From an uncultured bacterium (GTDB lineage Bacteria; Bacteroidota; Rhodothermia; Rhodothermales; DASSAV01), in contig CBINFS010000017.1 in assembly GCA_966250015.1 (NCBI GenBank), positions 3,142 to 67,141 of the forward strand: 64,000 nucleotides of DNA. Reading direction: 5' to 3'. How positions within the stretch are numbered: the stretch's first letter is position 1; the number at the start of each line of letters is the position of its first letter. A program made the position numbers and the translations under genes. Positions 59,513 to 64,000 of this stretch are shown here, in pieces. The notes under the pieces are model-generated. The model was given only the letters and a program-made list of their open reading frames with translations. It made no database searches and was not told the origin of the DNA.

Positions 59513-61561
59513 TTGTATCGCTGGATCGCCATACCCGTTGTCCTGATCGCGCTCCTCCTGGTCGTGGGAGGAGGCATCTGGTATTTCTCGTACGGTATGG
59601 GTGGAAGCTGGCCCGAAAAGGTCTCGCTCGCCACCCTCGAAGCGCCGGCGACCATTCGAAAGGGCGAAGGCGGGGTCGTCTCGATCAATGCGGCCAGCGA
59701 ACGGGACGCCTTTACGGCGCTCGGCTATGCGCACGGAATGGAGCGGAGCTGGCAAATCGTTCTGTACCGACAGGCCGCCCTCGGAAGGCTATCCGAATGG
59801 TTCGGCGAGCCGACGATAAAAGTCGACGAGGTCGCTCGCCGGCTCGGATTTGCGGCGCTTGCCCGGGAGGCGTACGAAGGTATGCCCGAAGAAAGCCGGG
59901 ACCTGTTAGAGGCCTTCTCCCTGGGTGTCAATGCGGCCTTTGGCAGTCGCGAGGTCGGGCTCGTCGACGAGCTGGCGCTGCTCGACGTCGAGCCGGAACG
60001 CTGGGAGCCCTGGCACGTCCTCGCGCTCGAACGCCTGTACGCCTGGCTCTCCACCCCGCAGCCACGGGCACAGGACGTGGCGGCCGCAGGACAGGACGCC
60101 GCAGCCTTCTTCCAAAACGAGGACCTCCTGCGGCGGCTGCTCCACCTTCACCACCTCCGGCATAGCCTCGCATGGGCATCGCGAGACACCTCGGGCACGT
60201 TTTTCTACCAGCGGCACGTCTACGGCGCCTCCGCACTCCCCTTCCACCTGGAGGCTGTGCTAAGCTGGACCGGAAGCGAGCCGATTGCCGGAGCGACCCT
60301 GCCAGGCACGCCGTTTTTTAACGCCGGGAAAAGAGGCAATTTCGCATGGTCGATCCTCCCCGGCGGATCGATACGATTCGAAAAAGTACCTCTTGATGAA
60401 TCGTACAAATCCATTCTTTACGAACGCCTGATCGACCGTGAAGGCGAAGAGCACCTGCTCACCATTCGGAGAACGCATCAGGCGATTTACTTCGAGCCTC
60501 CTCCACCGAGACGCATACCAGTAAGAGCCGACACGACGGCCATCTCTGTGCCGGATTCACTCGCCGGGCGTTCCACCACGGTCGACAGCATCTTGGTGCC
60601 ACAGGATTCGACGTGGATCGTAGAATGGAACGGGTTCGCCCCGGTGACCGACTGGCCGTCGTGGTACGCGCTGCTTTCGGCGTCCCCGGTTTCGTTCCGG
60701 CTGCTCGAAGGCAGCGGGCTGAGCGTCACGCAGGATGGAACCTGGCAGATCATCGGCTCACCTGCCGTCGTCGCACCGCTACGGGACGGCGTCCTCGTCG
60801 GAAGCGTTCCGTGGGCGCGGTACGTCGCACGCGGGCTCGACACGCTGCGAACGAACGAGGTCGGAAGCCCACAAGAGTGGATCGACAGCGACTACAGCGC
60901 CTGGGCTGCCGAGCTGGCGCCCTCCATGATCGCATCGGTCGATTCCGTCCCACGGCATCCGGACGTCATAGCCGAAGCACTCACCTACCTGAAAAACTGG
61001 GATGCCAGCTATGACCGCGCCGCAATTGCCGCCTCCATCTTCGATAGCTGGGTAAACGAATACCAGGCGTCCACCGACTCCCTGCCACAGTCCTCGGTGC
61101 CCGAAACGGTCTATTTCGAAAACGTGCGGCGGTATCAGGCGCTCGGGCGAGCCGTTGCGCGGCTCAGGAACCGCCTCGGCGACGACATGAGTGAGTGGCG
61201 CTGGGAGAATGCCTTCCCCGACCGGCGCCTCTTCCCGATCTGGTCGGCTGACAGCCTCCTCGATTTTCATTCTGAACACCTTGCCTCGACGCGTTTCGCT
61301 CCCATCGAGCGGCCGGCGCATGGCCACCCTACCGCCGTACAGTGGGGCTCGTCGATCGTCGAGTCTCCCCTGCCCGCACCGTCGTTGTGGGAAAGCTGGA
61401 TCCACACGTCGGCCTGGGATCAGCCGTTCGCACGAAGCGACCGGTTCGAGCTATCCGGGTTTCTTTCCAGGTATCGTCTTTCCGAACAGCTGCCATCGCC
61501 CCGCCTCATTCACGACAGCGGGCCATCGGCCGTCGCCGAGACCGTTCTTTCACCCGAATAA
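59513..61561 (+). CDS. Penicillin acylase family (Ntn hydrolase) homologue, divergent
   Basis: N-terminal TM; ALGYAHGMERSWQ..RQAALGRLSEWFG; GATLPGTP; LKNWD; EWRW. Confidence 0.8.
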   Translation: MYRWIAIPVVLIALLLVVGGGIWYFSYGMGGSWPEKVSLATLEAPATIRKGEGGVVSINAASERDAFTALGYAHGMERSWQIVLYRQAALGRLSEWFGEPTIKVDEVARRLGFAALAREAYEGMPEESRDLLEAFSLGVNAAFGSREVGLVDELALLDVEPERWEPWHVLALERLYAWLSTPQPRAQDVAAAGQDAAAFFQNEDLLRRLLHLHHLRHSLAWASRDTSGTFFYQRHVYGASALPFHLEAVLSWTGSEPIAGATLPGTPFFNAGKRGNFAWSILPGGSIRFEKVPLDESYKSILYERLIDREGEEHLLTIRRTHQAIYFEPPPPRRIPVRADTTAISVPDSLAGRSTTVDSILVPQDSTWIVEWNGFAPVTDWPSWYALLSASPVSFRLLEGSGLSVTQDGTWQIIGSPAVVAPLRDGVLVGSVPWARYVARGLDTLRTNEVGSPQEWIDSDYSAWAAELAPSMIASVDSVPRHPDVIAEALTYLKNWDASYDRAAIAASIFDSWVNEYQASTDSLPQSSVPETVYFENVRRYQALGRAVARLRNRLGDDMSEWRWENAFPDRRLFPIWSADSLLDFHSEHLASTRFAPIERPAHGHPTAVQWGSSIVESPLPAPSLWESWIHTSAWDQPFARSDRFELSGFLSRYRLSEQLPSPRLIHDSGPSAVAETVLSPE

Positions 61562-61646
61562 GGTGGAAACATTCCGGCGGATCCGACCATTGTTTACCGT
61601 GTCGGAAGAAGCCATACCCGTTTTTTCTTTCGCATAAGCATCATCC

Positions 61647-62561
61647 ATGACAGACGACGCGCTGTACATCGGCATCGACGCGGGAGCGACCAAAACGGAG
61701 CTGCTCGCGCAGGAAGTGCGGGACGAAAGGCCGTTTTCGCTTTCCGGTCCTCCTGCGAACGTGGCTCGTCTGGGAGTCACCGAATCCGCCCGAATCCTGG
61801 CCGATTTGATCAAGGAGGCGCTGGAATCGAAACCTTCTGCTCGCCTCCGCGCCGTTTGCGCAGGCGTCGCCGGCGCCGGAAGCGAATCCGACCAGCGGGA
61901 GCTCGAAGAGGAGATCAGGCGGCAGCTACGGGAGAATGCTCCCGAATCGATCCGCGTCGTGACCGACGGCGACATCGCCCTCGAGGCTGCCTTTGCCGGC
62001 GGGAGCGGCATCGTCGTATCGGTCGGCACGGGATCGATCGTCGTGGCGCGAGCGACGGACGGTACGACCCATCGTGCGGGCGGGTGGGGGTACCTCCTTG
62101 GTGACGAAGGCAGCGGTTATGCCATTGGTCTGGGTGGGCTTCGCGCCGTTACCCGCGCCCTCGACGGAGGCGAGCCGACCGTGCTTCAACGATACCTGAA
62201 GGAGGAGTTCGGGTTCGAAACCGACCGGCAGATCAAACACGCCGTATACCGGGACCACTGGGCTCTGCAAAACTTTGCCCCGTTCGTTTTCAAGGCTGCC
62301 CAGGAAAATGACGGGCCTGCCCGGCAGGTCGTCACCGAGCAGGTAAAAGCCCTCGCGGAGCAGGTTGCCCGGATCACCCAGAGAGGCCTGCCCATTGAAA
62401 AGCGGATCGCCTTGATCGGCGGTCTCGCCAACGACGCCTACTACCGAAAACAGCTCGCCGACGCCCTGACGACCCGTTTAGCCGGCTGGCAGGTCATGCA
62501 ATCACATCATCGCTCCGTGCTGGGCGCTCTTTTGCTGGCCAGGAGACAGCACAGGACCTGA
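61647..62561 (+). CDS. BadF/BadG family sugar kinase (GlcNAc/MurNAc kinase-like)
   Basis: GIDAGATKT, GPPAN, GVAGAG, GTGS, RAGGWGYLLGDEGSG. Confidence 0.9.
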   Translation: MTDDALYIGIDAGATKTELLAQEVRDERPFSLSGPPANVARLGVTESARILADLIKEALESKPSARLRAVCAGVAGAGSESDQRELEEEIRRQLRENAPESIRVVTDGDIALEAAFAGGSGIVVSVGTGSIVVARATDGTTHRAGGWGYLLGDEGSGYAIGLGGLRAVTRALDGGEPTVLQRYLKEEFGFETDRQIKHAVYRDHWALQNFAPFVFKAAQENDGPARQVVTEQVKALAEQVARITQRGLPIEKRIALIGGLANDAYYRKQLADALTTRLAGWQVMQSHHRSVLGALLLARRQHRT

Positions 62562-62816
62562 TCCAGCGTTGCTTCGAGAAGCATAATGTGACCATCTCGA
62601 AAGCTCTTCTCAACGGGAGAACTCAGCCCTTGCGACTTCGATAAATTTTGTATAGCGCCCCTCGTTGCGCGGCTTCGCCCATCCCGTATCGTCGAACCCG
62701 GCCCAGGCCTCGATGCCTCTTAGCGTTTTTAAAATGGCCTCATGCCCGGAGCAAATCGTCTCGCTTCGATCACCCCATCCTCAGGCCGGGCAATCGTTTA
62801 CCAAAAAAACAGCGTC

Positions 62817-63344
62817 ATGAAGACCATTGTAGATCTAAGGATTTCATCACCGCTAAGAACACCCGTTACGCCCGTTGAATTGCTGGAAGACTTTGCCCAC
62901 CGTTGCGCTTTCTGGGACTACCTTGAGGAGGAATCAAAGCACTACGCCGCGCTAAAAGGGCGGCCGGCCTGCGTCATCCGGTCAATGAGTAGCGAGTTCG
63001 GAGACGAAGTGGATTACGGCTTTGCGGCGACACACCGCGACGATTTGTTCAGCGTCCGCCTCTTCGTCGTCGATCCTATCGGCCGAACCGCCCCGCTTGA
63101 CGTGGAGACACGATCGCGAATCGTTGCCCACTTTCTGGACGACTTTCAGTCGTATTTGGGAAACCGCCCGCACCTCGTACAAATTCAGACCGTCGAGCTC
63201 GAAACCGAAGATAATCCCCACCTCCACAGCCGGCCTGCCACAGAACAAAACAGCCTTCGCAGGGAGGCTCCCGCGAAGGCTGTCGGCAGTGGTTTTACCA
63301 CAATGAAAATCAGTATCCCGGGTTCTGAACGAGGTTCGGGTTAA
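62817..63344 (+). CDS. Hypothetical protein; 3' end overlaps the convergent susD by 35 nt
   Basis: Long ORF with protein-like composition; start placed at MKTIVDL. Confidence 0.55.
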   Translation: MKTIVDLRISSPLRTPVTPVELLEDFAHRCAFWDYLEEESKHYAALKGRPACVIRSMSSEFGDEVDYGFAATHRDDLFSVRLFVVDPIGRTAPLDVETRSRIVAHFLDDFQSYLGNRPHLVQIQTVELETEDNPHLHSRPATEQNSLRREAPAKAVGSGFTTMKISIPGSERGSG

Positions 63345-64000
63345 CGTCGAGCTCTGCCTGTGGTATCGGGAAGAGCAGCCGGTCCGGGTTTGTGATACCG
63401 AGCACCTCCATGGCACGGCCGGTCCGGCGAAGGTCGAAGAACCGGTGGCCTTCGAGCGCAAACTCGACGCGCCGCTCTTGCAGGATGGCATCGAGCAGCT
63501 CTTCCACCGTATCGGCTTCGGTGTCGCCAAGACCGGCACGGTTCCGAATGGCGTTGATGTCGGCCTGGACGGCCTCCACCGCTCCACCCTGGCGGGCGAG
63601 CGCTTCAGCACGAATCAGGTACATTTCGGCCAGGCGAAGCACGAAGACGTTGTCGTCGCCGTTGGAGATCCGGAAGTATTTCGTGCCGTACAGCAGCCCG
63701 TCCAGGTTGCCGACGGTTGCATGGCGGCGCTGGTCGCCTTCCTCATACGCCTCGTACAGCGCAACGCTTGGTGCGTACTCCAGCCGGCCCCCAAGCTCGT
63801 CCGGGAAGAACCAGAAGGCCAGGCTGTTTGCATCGTTGGTGCTGAACTGGACCTCAAGGATCGACTCTGGAGAGTTCTTCGTCTCCATCAGTGTGGCGTA
63901 ATCGCCCACCAGCGAATAGGCGCCGCTCTCGATCACCTCGTCGGCGGCGGCAAACGCATCCGCCCACCGCTCCTGGTAGAGGTAGAGCCGTGCGAGGAGG
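63310..64000 (-). CDS. RagB/SusD family outer-membrane lipoprotein (C-terminal part; runs off window end)
   Basis: LLARLYLY, RLAEMYLIRAEA, ERRVEFALEGHRFFDLRR, PIPQ.E...NPNL.QNPGY. Confidence 0.95.
   Translation of the reverse strand, partial: LLARLYLYQERWADAFAAADEVIESGAYSLVGDYATLMETKNSPESILEVQFSTNDANSLAFWFFPDELGGRLEYAPSVALYEAYEEGDQRRHATVGNLDGLLYGTKYFRISNGDDNVFVLRLAEMYLIRAEALARQGGAVEAVQADINAIRNRAGLGDTEADTVEELLDAILQERRVEFALEGHRFFDLRRTGRAMEVLGITNPDRLLFPIPQAELDVNPNLVQNPGY

Overview
GC-rich bacterial chromosomal window. Gene content (T9SS C-terminal domain protein, SusD, DUF4293/DUF4296/DUF5020, ExbB-ExbD-ExbD with a small membrane gene) points to the Bacteroidota/Rhodothermota lineage, most like Rhodothermales (inference). 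It is mostly housekeeping: pdhA/B, two isocitrate-dehydrogenase-family genes, sodC, thiE, lepB, speA, a sulfate ABC operon with an OprO/P porin, mnmA, apt, an amidase, treZ, nagB and an S41 protease. I saw no rRNA, tRNA, CRISPR array, integrase or transposase. The main points of interest are: (1) a close bacterial homologue of the eukaryotic queuosine-tRNA mannosyltransferase GTDC1/QTMAN; (2) a divergent pair of a DUF5020 outer-membrane channel, interrupted by an in-frame TAG, and a membrane-anchored putative sensor-regulator with an 11-bp-spaced direct repeat between them; (3) an ECF sigma/anti-sigma operon with two secreted proteins sharing a coiled-coil C-terminal domain; (4) three apparently degenerate enzymes (CysH without ECGLH, PolX without two catalytic Asp, an eroded penicillin acylase); (5) a sigma54 activator divergent from the sulfate operon; (6) a cluster of REP-like palindromes. 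All family assignments come from motif recognition by eye, not database searches.
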